This document shows positions 39,752-50,389 of a DNA stretch of 64,000 nucleotides, one piece after another. The stretch is taken from contig JBDHKN010000010.1 of assembly GCA_039586365.1 (NCBI GenBank), forward strand, positions 1-64,000, in the 5' to 3' direction. The stretch's first letter is position 1, and each line of letters begins with the position of its first letter. The notes below the pieces were generated by a model, which was given only the letters and a program-made list of their open reading frames with translations, made no database searches and had not been told where the DNA came from. The position numbers and the translations under genes are program-made. The stretch is from Gemmatimonadota bacterium (GTDB lineage Bacteria > Gemmatimonadota > Gemmatimonadetes > Gemmatimonadales > GWC2-71-9).

Positions 39752-42013
39752 GTGACCTTGGAGGTACGCCTCAGTAGGGAGATGCGGCTCATCGACGTCA
39801 CCATGATCGGCGTCGGAGCCATGATTGGTGCAGGCATCTTCGTGTTGACCGGCATCGCCGCAGGTGTGGCGGGTCCCGCCCTGCTGCTGGTCTTCTTCCT
39901 AAACGGTGTGGTCGCGTTGCTGACGGCGCTGGCTTATGCGGAATTGGGGAGCGCGATCCACGGAGCGGGGGGAGGCTATCTCTGGATAAAGCGGGCACTT
40001 CCCGACCCCAGCGGCTTCGTTGCTGGCTGGATGGATTGGTTTGCACATGCGGTTGCTTGCTCGCTCTACGCGCTCGGATTTGGAGCCTATTTCCGCGAGG
40101 TGCTTGCCGTCGCCGGTGTACCCGAGGATTACCTGTTGGGCGTCGAGAAATGGATCGGAGTCATCGCGTGTCTGGTGTTTTCATACATCAACTACCGCGG
40201 TGCCTCGGAAACCGGACGGGCCGGCAACGTGGTGACCGTCGGTAAGGTCGCCATCATCGGAGTCTTCATCGTGGCCGGACTGTGGACCATGGCGCAGCGG
40301 TCGGGGTGGCAGGGTTCCTTTACGCCTTTCATGACGACCGGATGGACCGGTGTATTCGCGGCGATGGGCCTGACGTTCATCGCTTTCGAGGGATACGAGA
40401 TCATCGCGCAAACCAGCGAGGAGGTCGACAACCCGAAGCACAACGTGCCACGCGCGGTATTCCTCTCTCTGCTGATCGTGGTTCCGATCTACCTCCTGGT
40501 CGCATTCGTTGCCATCGGTGCGGTACAGCCGCCCGACGGAATGAGCGTCACCCAATACCTGGGGCAGGAGAAGGAGGTGGCGCTGGTAGCGGCGGCCGAG
40601 CAGTTCGTGGCGGGAGGGGCAGTCGTGATCCTGGTCGGTGGTCTGCTATCCACGTTGTCGGCGCTGAACGCGACGATCTACTCGTCATCTCGCGTCGCAT
40701 TTGCTATGGCCCGAGATGCCAGCCTGCCCCGCACCCTGGCGAACGTGCACAAGACGCAGGCGACGCCACACGTGGCCATTGCCCTGTCGACACTGATCGT
40801 CATCGGGATGGCGGTGTTGCTCCCGATCGAAGATGTTGCGGCGTCGACCGGAGTCCTGTTCCTGCTGATGTTCGCCGGTGTCAATGTGGCGCTCATCCGC
40901 CTGCGCAAGAGCCATCCGGACCTGCCGCGCGGATTCAAGGTCCCCCTGGTACCGCTAACGCCGCTCGCCGCAATAGCGATGATGTTGTTCTTGGCGGTGA
41001 TCGTGTTCATCAACTACCCCACGGCAACGGTCACCACGGTTGGTTGGATCGCGATCGGCTCCGTCGTCTACTACCGGTTCAGTCGCCAGAGGGAGGCGGC
41101 GCTCACGGCGCGGGAAGCGTGGATGGAGCGCATTGAGCGGAAGGAGTACCGCGTCCTGGTCTCCATCTCCAGCCCCCGAACCGTCGAGTCCCTGATGGAG
41201 GCGGGCCTAGCCGTGGCCAAGCAGCACAACGGCAACCTCGTCGCAGTAACCGTGGCCGAAGTGCCCGAGGGGGAAACACTGGTAGCTCCGGCGGCGCTGC
41301 TGGCGGAAGTCAAGCCCATTCTCGCTCAAGCCGTGAAATACGCCGGGGCGAAGGGCTTGTCTGCCGAGTCGGTGATCAAGATCGGACGTCGCATCAGCCA
41401 CGGTATAGTGGAAACGGCCCGAGAAGAACAGTGCAATTTCCTGGTGATCGGACAGCCGCACACGCAGTCTTTTTTTGAGCGAATAGTGGCGTCGATAGTG
41501 GAGCGGGTGCTGCATGACATTCCCTGTCAGGTCGGCGTCGTGTACGGGACCATTAAACCCGGCGTCGTCGAGCGAATCGTTGTGCCGGTGACCGCCGGGC
41601 CCAACTCCGAGCTGGCGGCCGAACTGGCGACGACTCTGTCGAACTGGTTCGGGGCACCGGTAAGGCCGATCACCGTCATCGAACGTGGGTTGGCAAAGGA
41701 CATGGCCGACAAGATCGTTAGCCAGGCCAGACAGACCTTGGAGACGGCCGGGTGCGGTGGGGAACTCGAGGTCCTGAGGCGTAGGCACATCGGGCGGGGA
41801 CTCGCTGGTGCAACACGGTCCGGCGACCTTGTGTTGATCGGCGCCCCTAGCGTCGGGCCGGTGGTACCGCTGGTGGGTGACACCATCCCAGCACTGTTGG
41901 CCCGAGGAGGTCACACACCAGTGATGGTGGTGCGGGACGTCGAACAAAAACGGGCACTGCGCTTTGAGCGAGTGTTCTTCCTGGGAGGCGAGCGCAACAA
42001 TGCAAACACCTGA
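39752..42013 (+). CDS. APC-family amino acid permease fused to C-terminal USP-like domains
   Basis: GAMIGAGIF, YAELGS and FIAFEGYE with about 12 TMs, then YRVLV..HGIVETAREE..IVVPV.AGPN.ELA. Confidence 0.9.
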   Translation: MTLEVRLSREMRLIDVTMIGVGAMIGAGIFVLTGIAAGVAGPALLLVFFLNGVVALLTALAYAELGSAIHGAGGGYLWIKRALPDPSGFVAGWMDWFAHAVACSLYALGFGAYFREVLAVAGVPEDYLLGVEKWIGVIACLVFSYINYRGASETGRAGNVVTVGKVAIIGVFIVAGLWTMAQRSGWQGSFTPFMTTGWTGVFAAMGLTFIAFEGYEIIAQTSEEVDNPKHNVPRAVFLSLLIVVPIYLLVAFVAIGAVQPPDGMSVTQYLGQEKEVALVAAAEQFVAGGAVVILVGGLLSTLSALNATIYSSSRVAFAMARDASLPRTLANVHKTQATPHVAIALSTLIVIGMAVLLPIEDVAASTGVLFLLMFAGVNVALIRLRKSHPDLPRGFKVPLVPLTPLAAIAMMLFLAVIVFINYPTATVTTVGWIAIGSVVYYRFSRQREAALTAREAWMERIERKEYRVLVSISSPRTVESLMEAGLAVAKQHNGNLVAVTVAEVPEGETLVAPAALLAEVKPILAQAVKYAGAKGLSAESVIKIGRRISHGIVETAREEQCNFLVIGQPHTQSFFERIVASIVERVLHDIPCQVGVVYGTIKPGVVERIVVPVTAGPNSELAAELATTLSNWFGAPVRPITVIERGLAKDMADKIVSQARQTLETAGCGGELEVLRRRHIGRGLAGATRSGDLVLIGAPSVGPVVPLVGDTIPALLARGGHTPVMVVRDVEQKRALRFERVFFLGGERNNANT

Positions 42014-42671
42014 CCCTAGCCAACAGATCGACCTGAGTCAGCGCTTCACTGAATACCTGCCAACCCTCTTCGGTGGCGCAGTCGTGTTCGCGCTGGGTGT
42101 TGCCGCCGGCTGGGTCGCCAAACGGGCGGTGGTTCGCGTCCTGATCTGGCTCCGCCTCGATCGACTTGGCGGTCGCTACGGTTGGCGAGCCGCGTTCGGT
42201 AAGGGGGATGTGCGGGCGGCCCTCTATGAGGTCTCGGGCACCATTGTGATGGCACTGGTCGTGTTGGTGTTCCTGGAGGAGGCGTTGAAGCTATGGCAGC
42301 TCGTCGGAATGGCGGAGTTGACTGAGAGGATCATCCTGTATGTCCCGAACCTGGCAGTCGTCGGATTGATCGTTGGGATCGGGTGGTGGCTGGCCGGCAC
42401 ATTCGCCAGGCGCGTGGAGGAGGCGCTCGAGGATGAGGGTGTCGCCAAGGCACCGCTACTCGCCAAGGGCCTAAAGGCGGCGCTGTTGGCGGTCGTGGTC
42501 GCGGTGGCGTTGTGGCAGCTCAATCTCGCCAGGGAGATAGTGCTGGCCGCGTTCCTTATCGCGTTCGGCGCCATGGGAATTGCGTTCGCCGTGGCGGTCG
42601 GATTGGGCTCGGCGAAGGCGGTGCAACGAGGGCTCGAGACATTGTTCGGACCAGGGAAGGAAAACCGCTGA
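42000..42671 (+). CDS. Membrane protein with conserved TM-helix repeats (CmpX/MscS N-terminal-like)
   Basis: YLPTL..A and YVPNLA..LI..IG repeats, ALWQL, and A.AVAVGLG. Confidence 0.75.
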   Translation: MQTPDPSQQIDLSQRFTEYLPTLFGGAVVFALGVAAGWVAKRAVVRVLIWLRLDRLGGRYGWRAAFGKGDVRAALYEVSGTIVMALVVLVFLEEALKLWQLVGMAELTERIILYVPNLAVVGLIVGIGWWLAGTFARRVEEALEDEGVAKAPLLAKGLKAALLAVVVAVALWQLNLAREIVLAAFLIAFGAMGIAFAVAVGLGSAKAVQRGLETLFGPGKENR

Positions 42672-42891
42672 TGAACATCGCGGTTGTCAGGACTCCACAA
42701 GACGAAGCCGCTGGCTGCGGCTCCGGTAGACGCCCACCCGGGGCACCCCGACCATCGATCCCGAGGCGTCCAAACCTGAGGTCAGGATCGTCACCCATCG
42801 CCACTCATTCCGTTGTCGTCGGCCGCTTCGGCGCTGTCTGCCAAATACTGTTCCAGCCGCTGGCGAAATGTCCCAGAGAAAGAGGTCTGAC

Positions 42892-44337
42892 ATGAGGTTT
42901 CAGCGAGCACGACGTCAGCCGTTCCCTAGGTCTACCGTGCTATCGTTGTCCGTTTTGCTTGCCCTGGTTGGGGGGTGCTCTCCCAGTGCGTCGCCCCACC
43001 AGGAAGTGCCCTTCGTTCTCCCTGGGAGCCTGATCGGCAACGCCGAGTATGCAGCGCGCAGGGCAAGGTTGATGGATGAGATTCCGGACGGCGTCGCGAT
43101 CGTTCCTGGGGCCACCTCACCGATCGCAGGCTATCAGTTCTTCCAGAGCAACGACTTTCTCTACTTCACCGGGGTCGAGGCGCCGAACGCCTGGCTGGTG
43201 GTCGACGGTGTCAACCGGGTGAGCACCCTCTTCCTGACTCTCGAAGAGCACGATGCCCGGGGTGAGGGGATCCCGCCCGAGCTGGCTCTGAACCCAGTGG
43301 AGTATACAGGGATCGAACAGGCTCTCCCGGTGGAGCAAATGGACTCCTTCCTGATGGACCTCGGTCGGCGGGTGGGTGTCTTCTATCTCTCCCAACGTCC
43401 GGAGGAGCTCCACCGCATGAACACGGGCGAAGTATACGGGTCCCTGCAGCGGACGGTGATGGAGAATCCCATGGACGGCCGCCTGACCCGGGAGCTCCAG
43501 CTGGTAGAACGTCTGAAGCAGCGTTATCCCGGAGTGGCAGTGCGGGACTGCTTCCGCACGATCCAGGTGTTGCGGAAGGTCAAGTCGCCGGTAGAGGTGG
43601 CGCTGGTCCGGGAAGCTGCCCGAATCGGCGTCGCGGCCCATCTCGAGTTCATGCGCTCTACTGTAGTCGGGATGCCGGAGCGAGCCCTGGCCGCGCTGTT
43701 CGAGTTCATCAGCAAACGAGAGGGCGCCCAGGAACTGGCGTACGAGACCATCATCATGGCGGGCGAGCACCACCCCTGGGGACACTACCATCGGCACGAT
43801 CACACCCTCGAAGATGGCGACTTCATTATCCTCGACGCCGGCCCCGACTACGCCTACTACAACGCCGACATCTCCACCACGTTCCCAGCTAACGGCAGGT
43901 TCACACCCGAGCAAAGAGAACTCTATGAGCTGGGCCTCGGCATCCGGCAGGTCTGCCTCGACAACTACCGTCCTGGGACGACATTTGGGGAGGTGGGTGA
44001 GAAGGTGCGAGAGTGGCTCGTCGAGAATGGGTACGACGACACCGAGGGTCGCTTCCGCGGCCTCGTCAGGTGGGGTTGCTACAACCACCCGATCGGGATG
44101 GCGACGCACGACGTGATGGCGTCGATCACCGGCCCGGACGAACTGCTCGAACCTGGCTTCGTCTTCGCCTGCGACATCAACATGCCCGACACCGAGATAA
44201 TGGGGATCCGCATCGAGGACACTGTCGTGATTACCGAGGAGCGGTACGAGAACTTATCGGTCGGACTTCCCCGCACCGTGGCAGAGATCGAAAGCTTCAT
44301 GCGCGAACCCGGCCTGCTGCAGAAAGTTGGGAGGTGA
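42892..44337 (+). CDS. M24B Xaa-Pro aminopeptidase-family lipoprotein
   Basis: Lipobox LVGGC, FFQSNDFLYFTG, R.VKS..E, LDAG..Y.ADIS.TFP, H.IG..HDV and GIRIED. Confidence 0.88.
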   Translation: MRFQRARRQPFPRSTVLSLSVLLALVGGCSPSASPHQEVPFVLPGSLIGNAEYAARRARLMDEIPDGVAIVPGATSPIAGYQFFQSNDFLYFTGVEAPNAWLVVDGVNRVSTLFLTLEEHDARGEGIPPELALNPVEYTGIEQALPVEQMDSFLMDLGRRVGVFYLSQRPEELHRMNTGEVYGSLQRTVMENPMDGRLTRELQLVERLKQRYPGVAVRDCFRTIQVLRKVKSPVEVALVREAARIGVAAHLEFMRSTVVGMPERALAALFEFISKREGAQELAYETIIMAGEHHPWGHYHRHDHTLEDGDFIILDAGPDYAYYNADISTTFPANGRFTPEQRELYELGLGIRQVCLDNYRPGTTFGEVGEKVREWLVENGYDDTEGRFRGLVRWGCYNHPIGMATHDVMASITGPDELLEPGFVFACDINMPDTEIMGIRIEDTVVITEERYENLSVGLPRTVAEIESFMREPGLLQKVGR

Positions 44338-44340
44338 CAC

Positions 44341-46500
44341 GTGGTTGCTTTGTTCGCCCGACAGACCCTTGGCGCCGGACTGGTTGCCGCCATTGCCACA
44401 CCGACAGCGTCACCCCTAGCGGCCCAGCAGGAGGACGTGTGGAGTCGGCCGGTCCAGGTCGAGCGGAGCCGCAGCTTCGATTTCATTCACTACCGGGTCA
44501 GTCTGACCTTCGATCTCGCTGACAAGGTGTTCTGGGGTGAGAACAGGATCACCCTGACCCCGCTCGCCGACGAAGTCGACCAGTTAGTGCTGGATGCGGA
44601 GGAGATCATTGTTGTGGACGCCCTGGACGAAAGGGGGCAGGGACTCCTGTACGAGCAGGGTGACACGAGTGTCGTCGTTGCGTTCCCCGAGGCGCTCTCG
44701 TACGGCGATACGGTCGACTTCACGGTCGTCTACCGGGGTGAGAATCCGCAGGAGGGGTTCTTCTTCGATGACGCAGGTGACGATCACCCGCAGATGGTCT
44801 CCACGGATTCCTGGCCCGATGAGGCTCACCATTGGATTCCATTGTACGACTACCCGAACGACAAGGTGACGCACGAGTTCATCATCACCGTGCCCGAGGG
44901 CAATAAGGTCCTCTCCAATGGCCGGTTGGTAGGGGTCACGGAAGACGATGACGCCGCAACCACGACGTGGCACTGGGCGCAGGAGCAGCCCCACGCGACC
45001 TACCTGTTCATGCTCGCGATCGGCCCGTTCACCGTCATCGAGGACTCGCTCGGGAGTCTGCCGGTCAACTACTGGGTCTACCCGGAGGCTGCCGAGGATG
45101 CGCGCTGGATCTTTGCCAAGACGCCGCGCATGATCGCTTACTACGCCGACCTGTTCGACTACCCCTACCCCTGGGCCAAGTACGACCAGGTCACGACGCC
45201 ACATGTTGGTGGCGGCGCCGAGGCGACGTCGGCCACGATTCTCGGCGATGGCGTGATCCACGACCGGCGCGCCGAGCAGGACTTTTCGTGGGAACGCGTG
45301 ATCGCGCACGAGATTGCGCACCAGTGGTGGGGCGATCTGATAACTCTGCGCGAGTGGTCACACGCCTGGCTGAACGAGAGCTTCGGCACGTACTCCGATT
45401 ACCTCTGGACCCGTCACGAGAGCGGCGAGGACGAGGGCGCTTGGGCGCTGTTGGGCAAGAAGAACGCGTACCTGCGGGAAGCCCATACCCGCTACGTGCG
45501 TCCCATCGTGTTCAACCGGTACGAGCGACCGGACGACAACTTCGATTCTCACACGTATCCAAAGGGTGCGTGCATCCTACACCAACTCCGTTTCATCCTC
45601 GGTGATGAACTCTTCTTCCGGGCCCTCAGTGCTTTCCTGCACGAGCACGCGTTCGAGCCGGTGGACACCCACGATTTCATGAAGATCGTGAAGGACGTGA
45701 CCGGCCAGAACATGGACTGGTTCTTCGAGCAATACGTCTTCAGCCCAGGGCACCCGGTCTTTGAGATCAACTCGCGCTGGGACGCTGGTGGCGGGCAGAT
45801 TCGGCTACACGTAGAGCAAGTTCAGAACCGGGATCACGGGGTCCCCATCTACCGGACGCCGGTGCAGATCGGGATCGTCACCCCGTCAGGGAAAAGGGTA
45901 GAAACAGTGTGGCTGGAGAGCGAACGGGACACCTTCGTCTTCGAGAGCCGAGAAGAGCCTTTACTCGTGCGCTTCGACGAGGGCAACTGGCTGCTCAAGG
46001 AACGGACCTACGCCAAGGACGTCGAGGAACTGCTCTACCAGGCGCGCCACGACGACGTCGTCGGCAGGGAGTGGGCGGTGCGGGAGTTGGGCCTTACAGG
46101 GAATGGCGCGCGGTTCCGAGACGTAATCGCTGCGATCGCACAGCAGGATTCCTTCTGGGCGGTGCGGCTCGCGGCTCTCGAAGTACTGGGGGACACGGAT
46201 GGGCCGGCGTCAGTCGGACTGTTCCAGCACGCGGCTGCCGACAGCAACTCACAGGTCAGGCACGCGGCAATCCGCATTCTAGGCGGAATGGAGGATCCGT
46301 CGCTAGCGCAGTTCTTCCGCGACCGCTTCGAAACTGACGACTCCTATCCCGTACAGGCCGAGACCCTTAGGGCGATCGGCCGCACGGGAGACCTAAGCCA
46401 GCTCGGCTTCCTCCGCCAGGCCTCCGAGATGCCGTCGTACCGTGACGTCATACACACTGCAGCCGAGTGGGCGATCGAGCAGATCTCGCAGCGTAGGTGA
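44341..46500 (+). CDS. M1-family aminopeptidase with C-terminal HEAT repeats, exported
   Basis: HEIAHQWWG..WLNESF zinc motif, TYPKGA, an N-terminal signal peptide and a HEAT-like C-terminus. Confidence 0.92.
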   Translation: MVALFARQTLGAGLVAAIATPTASPLAAQQEDVWSRPVQVERSRSFDFIHYRVSLTFDLADKVFWGENRITLTPLADEVDQLVLDAEEIIVVDALDERGQGLLYEQGDTSVVVAFPEALSYGDTVDFTVVYRGENPQEGFFFDDAGDDHPQMVSTDSWPDEAHHWIPLYDYPNDKVTHEFIITVPEGNKVLSNGRLVGVTEDDDAATTTWHWAQEQPHATYLFMLAIGPFTVIEDSLGSLPVNYWVYPEAAEDARWIFAKTPRMIAYYADLFDYPYPWAKYDQVTTPHVGGGAEATSATILGDGVIHDRRAEQDFSWERVIAHEIAHQWWGDLITLREWSHAWLNESFGTYSDYLWTRHESGEDEGAWALLGKKNAYLREAHTRYVRPIVFNRYERPDDNFDSHTYPKGACILHQLRFILGDELFFRALSAFLHEHAFEPVDTHDFMKIVKDVTGQNMDWFFEQYVFSPGHPVFEINSRWDAGGGQIRLHVEQVQNRDHGVPIYRTPVQIGIVTPSGKRVETVWLESERDTFVFESREEPLLVRFDEGNWLLKERTYAKDVEELLYQARHDDVVGREWAVRELGLTGNGARFRDVIAAIAQQDSFWAVRLAALEVLGDTDGPASVGLFQHAAADSNSQVRHAAIRILGGMEDPSLAQFFRDRFETDDSYPVQAETLRAIGRTGDLSQLGFLRQASEMPSYRDVIHTAAEWAIEQISQRR

Positions 46501-46628
46501 TGGGCGACAGGGCCCTCCACGCTCAATTGATGCTTATCCGCTAGCGTGGCGTCCCCCCCATGCCAACTCGAGCGTGGCGTCCGCCGCTTCCGCGCTGTTG
46601 CACCCTTTGGGCAGACTCGCCCGTCAGG

Positions 46629-47024
46629 CTAGCCGGACGCAGGCTGACTAGTGTTCCAGATGTCGCGGTGCAATTTCCAGCCACCATCCTCCTGCTTCCA
46701 GACAACCACGTACTTTCCGGCGTCGACGACTTGCCCGCCCTCGGCAAAGAGAGTGTATCTGCCCACTTCTATGGCTGTCGTTCCATGATCTTCCAACTCA
46801 ACAGTCTCCAGCTTGGCCTCTTTGAGACCCATGTCCATGGCACCCTGCCAGAACGCCTGAATGGCGTCGCGACCCGCAACGAAGTCACTTTGGGCCGGAA
46901 GTAGTTGGCCATTCCTCGTGTAAAGGTCGGCGATACCTGCTGCATCACCGCTCTTGAACCTCGCCATGAAGACCTGATTGGCGGCCTCAGTTGCCGGCCG
47001 CGCGTTACCCGGACTCGCCATCAT
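46629..47024 (-). CDS. NTF2/SnoaL-like DUF4440 (YybH) protein
   Basis: GDAAGIADLYT..GRDAIQAFW..GKYVVVWKQEDGGWKLHRDIWN. Confidence 0.88.
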   Translation of the reverse strand: MMASPGNARPATEAANQVFMARFKSGDAAGIADLYTRNGQLLPAQSDFVAGRDAIQAFWQGAMDMGLKEAKLETVELEDHGTTAIEVGRYTLFAEGGQVVDAGKYVVVWKQEDGGWKLHRDIWNTSQPASG

Positions 47025-47065
47025 TCAGCTCCTTACTTGGAGAGGTTGTGTAGTGACACTCTGCC

Positions 47066-48547
47066 TCAGCGCGCGCGTATACTGTATTGGTCGTTTCTCC
47101 ACATGCGCATGCGGCCATCGGCGTCTTCCTCGAACACGAATGCCTCACCGAGGTCACCGTTGTCCCGGATGCGACGGAACACGTTGCCCTCGATATGTTG
47201 CAGCTCGGTCAGCGATGCCAACGGGTCGTCTGTGGGCAGGCCGACCACGGCAAGCTTGCCCTGCCATACGAGCACTACGCTCTCACCGCCCAAAGGACGC
47301 TGATAGACGCCGGTGAATTGATCGATACTCGCCAACTCCGCGACCGATTTCGCGGCGGCCACGGAGCTATCGAGAACCACATGGATCGCCGGTGCGACGA
47401 TGTCGTAGGCTCTTTGCGTGTAATGCCTCGCATTCACGCCCTGGGCATTGGTCATGTAAACCGTTGCGATTTTCTCCTGGGGCCGGAGTAGCAGCTGGCT
47501 GCGGTAACCGGGGCAAGAGCCGCCATGCCCGACGAAGGACTTGTCGTTTTCCTTCCAAACCGAGAAGCCAAGTCCGTACGTAGTCTGCCCATCCGGTTCC
47601 ATCCAATGCACCCGGTGCATCTCCCGCAACGTATGGCGGTCGAGCAGACTGTCGTCGTGCCCATCCAGTGCCCTAAACTGCCATGAGGCGAAGCGTGCCA
47701 GGTCCTCGACCGTGGAGATCAAGCCCGCAGCGGGCGCGATGCCGCGGACCTTGTATGGAGGGACGACCTTACGCGTACCGTCGCGTCCCCGAATCGTGTA
47801 ACCGGTAGCGAGCTGGTTGCCTCGAAACCGATCGATGTGATCCGTGTATGTGCTCGTCATCCCCAGCGGATCGAGTATGTGGCCCCTGACGTACTGGTCG
47901 AACGAATAGCCGGACAGTGTAGCGACGATCTCCCCCGCCAGGGTCAATCCCAGATTGGAGTACTGGTAGTACGTTCGCGTCGGATAGAGCATTGATTGCT
48001 GCGAGATACGCTCGACGATCTGCTCGTGGGTGGGGAACGGGTAGCCAGGCCCAGTCCAGTACGGGAAGGCAGACTCACGAGGGAGACCGGAGGAATGGGT
48101 CAGGATTCCCTCTATCGTGACCGGGCCCGCGTCGGCAAAGCGATCTGCTATGTCGAACCAGTCGAGGTGTTTGTCGACAGGATCATCCAGCCGCAAATGT
48201 CCCTGGTCGCGGAGCTTCATCACACTGACTGCGGTGAACAGCTTCGAGATGGAGCAGATGGAGTACATAGTGCTGGCGGTCGCGGGAATCTCCGATTCGA
48301 CATGCGCGTACCCGAACCCCTTGGCCCAGACCAATTCCTGGTCGTGCACGACGGCTGCCGACATGCCCGGGATGCCCTCGTACGCCTGCTGGGCATCCAT
48401 CCATACGTCTAGCAGGTGCAGCGCTTCGGTGACGCGGGGGTGATCGGCCAGTGCCCGCTGGCCCACTACGGTGTGCGCCATTGCCGCACTCAGAATCAGG
48501 GCGGCTGTGGGCCCTACGATTGGGTGCCAGACTGCTAGTCGCTTCAT
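47066..48547 (-). CDS. Serine hydrolase, beta-lactamase/AmpC-like family, exported
   Basis: SISK (SxxK), LTHSSGL, YSN, GHGG and a signal peptide. Confidence 0.92.
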   Translation of the reverse strand: MKRLAVWHPIVGPTAALILSAAMAHTVVGQRALADHPRVTEALHLLDVWMDAQQAYEGIPGMSAAVVHDQELVWAKGFGYAHVESEIPATASTMYSICSISKLFTAVSVMKLRDQGHLRLDDPVDKHLDWFDIADRFADAGPVTIEGILTHSSGLPRESAFPYWTGPGYPFPTHEQIVERISQQSMLYPTRTYYQYSNLGLTLAGEIVATLSGYSFDQYVRGHILDPLGMTSTYTDHIDRFRGNQLATGYTIRGRDGTRKVVPPYKVRGIAPAAGLISTVEDLARFASWQFRALDGHDDSLLDRHTLREMHRVHWMEPDGQTTYGLGFSVWKENDKSFVGHGGSCPGYRSQLLLRPQEKIATVYMTNAQGVNARHYTQRAYDIVAPAIHVVLDSSVAAAKSVAELASIDQFTGVYQRPLGGESVVLVWQGKLAVVGLPTDDPLASLTELQHIEGNVFRRIRDNGDLGEAFVFEEDADGRMRMWRNDQYSIRAR

Positions 48548-48841
48548 GGGGCCTCCTCTTCAGGTGGGGCTCTACGCCTCTGGATGGCCGACCATACATG
48601 AGAGCGTGGACCCCGGTCATCATAGACTCCTTCAATTCTATCGCTGCGTGTGTGATATGCTGTTAACCGCTTGGAAGCTCGCGTCAATACCCCCATAGTG
48701 TCGGGGGCGTCGGATTCGGTCGAGTCAGGTCCAGCTCCACCAATGAAGCGCCGTCGTGTTCCCTTTCGCCGAAGCGTATAGGCAGTGCTCTCACGCGGCG
48801 CGCTCTCCGACGTCCAAACATCGCTGCACAGCCTCATGTGC

Positions 48842-49138
48842 CTAATAGAGCGCTTCATGAACATCGATGTCTGCTGCTGCAACAAACATCGGATCTCGTA
48901 GCGCCGCTATCCAGCGGAACCCGACGTGAGGATGTGGGGAGCTGGGACACAGATTCCCACCAACCTGCAAGCGAAATTCAGCAGCTGAGATTCCCATCAG
49001 ATCGACATAGCTCGTCTCGGCACCGGAAGCCTGGAACGCTATCGCCATCGACTTGAAGACCGTGTTGGGATGCTGCTTCGGCGGCGGGTAGAACTCATCC
49101 ACATCCAGCCAGACTCTGTTGCCCTCTCGTTTTATCAT
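48842..49138 (-). pseudogene. Short or truncated hypothetical protein, possibly a gene remnant
   Basis: Protein-like N-terminus (SYVDLMGISAAEFRLQV..CPSSPH..GF) that ends early; protein-like sequence seems to continue briefly past the stop. Confidence 0.35.
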
Positions 49139-49294
49139 GGTTCCATCCGTTCGACTGATCCACAACTGCGCGTTTGCCCGACTGCTCCGCGTGCTCGCCA
49201 CCCCAGCGACCAGTGCAGGATCGGTCGCGCAAACCGCTCGCTTGCTGCAGTGGAGTCTAGCAGCACAACTCCAGTCATTACTGCCATCTCGTTG

Positions 49295-50389
49295 TCACAC
49301 CCACCCTCTACGCCTGAAGAACACCAGCAACCCTGTGGAAATCACGATCATCACGGACCAGAACACAGGGTACCCCCAATACCAGTTGAGTTCGGGCATG
49401 TTGAACGGTGAAGCGTCCGGGTTGAAGTTCATCCCGTAGATGCCTGCAACGAAGGTGAGAGGTATGAAGATGGTAGCGATGACCGTCAGCACCTTCATCA
49501 CGTCGTTCATCCGGTTGCTGACGCTGGACATGTATAGGTCCGTGAGCCCGGAGCTGATGTCGCGATAGGTGTCCACCAGGTCCATGATGCGAACCGCGTG
49601 GTCGTGCGAGTCGCGGAGGTGCAACTGAGTTCGCTCTGAGATCAGGGGGGACGTGTCCCGGACTAGTGAGTTCAGAAACTCGCGCTGCGGCCAAATGGAG
49701 CGCCTGAGTGCCAGCATGTCTCGTTTTGCGGCCTGCACCCTGAGGATCGTATCCTGCCGAGGGTGTTCGAGGATCTCTTCCTCCAGAGCCTCGAGACGCT
49801 CGCCGTACTCTTCGAGTACGGGGAAGTACCCGTCGACGACCGCGTCGAGGATCGCGTACGCGAGGTAGTCCGCCCCATAGTCCTTGAACTGACCCCGTTT
49901 CTGACGTAATCGCTCGCGCACAGGATCCAGGCAGTCACCGGACCGCTCTTGGAAGGTCAGCACGTAGTTGGGACCGAGAAACAAGCTGATCTGCTCGTGT
50001 CCAAATGACTCCCGCAGCACCGCCATGCGAGTCATGACGAAGATTTGGTCAGGGTACTCCTCGAGCTTGGGTCGGTGCCTGATGTTGAATATGTCTTCCT
50101 GAGCCAATGGGTGCAGGCCGAAGATCTCACCCAACACCTGAATAGTCCTGGCGTCGCCGAGACCGTCCACGTTCACCCAAGTCACCGGATACCTATCGAG
50201 GAAACCCCGTGCGTCGGCAGGGTCCAGTAGATCCACGTCGACCAGCTCGTCCGGTCCATAGGCCATCACCCTGACCTCCGGTTGGGGGGCTTCTGGATCG
50301 ACAACAAGTGTGCCCGGTTCGGCACCGACCGGAAGGAGGGTGAGCGTCTTTCTCTTGTGGAGTCCGGGTCTATGTAGCACCAGATTCAT
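49295..50389 (-). CDS. corA: Magnesium/cobalt transporter CorA
   Basis: WVNVDGL, LHPLAQEDI..HRPKLEEY and MKVLT..IFIPLTFVAGIYGMNF. ATG 50389 follows GGGAGG. Confidence 0.95.
   Translation of the reverse strand: MNLVLHRPGLHKRKTLTLLPVGAEPGTLVVDPEAPQPEVRVMAYGPDELVDVDLLDPADARGFLDRYPVTWVNVDGLGDARTIQVLGEIFGLHPLAQEDIFNIRHRPKLEEYPDQIFVMTRMAVLRESFGHEQISLFLGPNYVLTFQERSGDCLDPVRERLRQKRGQFKDYGADYLAYAILDAVVDGYFPVLEEYGERLEALEEEILEHPRQDTILRVQAAKRDMLALRRSIWPQREFLNSLVRDTSPLISERTQLHLRDSHDHAVRIMDLVDTYRDISSGLTDLYMSSVSNRMNDVMKVLTVIATIFIPLTFVAGIYGMNFNPDASPFNMPELNWYWGYPVFWSVMIVISTGLLVFFRRRGWV

Noticed and set aside
47066..48547. Antibiotic-resistance beta-lactamase
   Set aside because: SxxK, YxN and HGG motifs with a C-terminal extension fit the broad serine hydrolase/peptidase family; nothing indicates a true AmpC.
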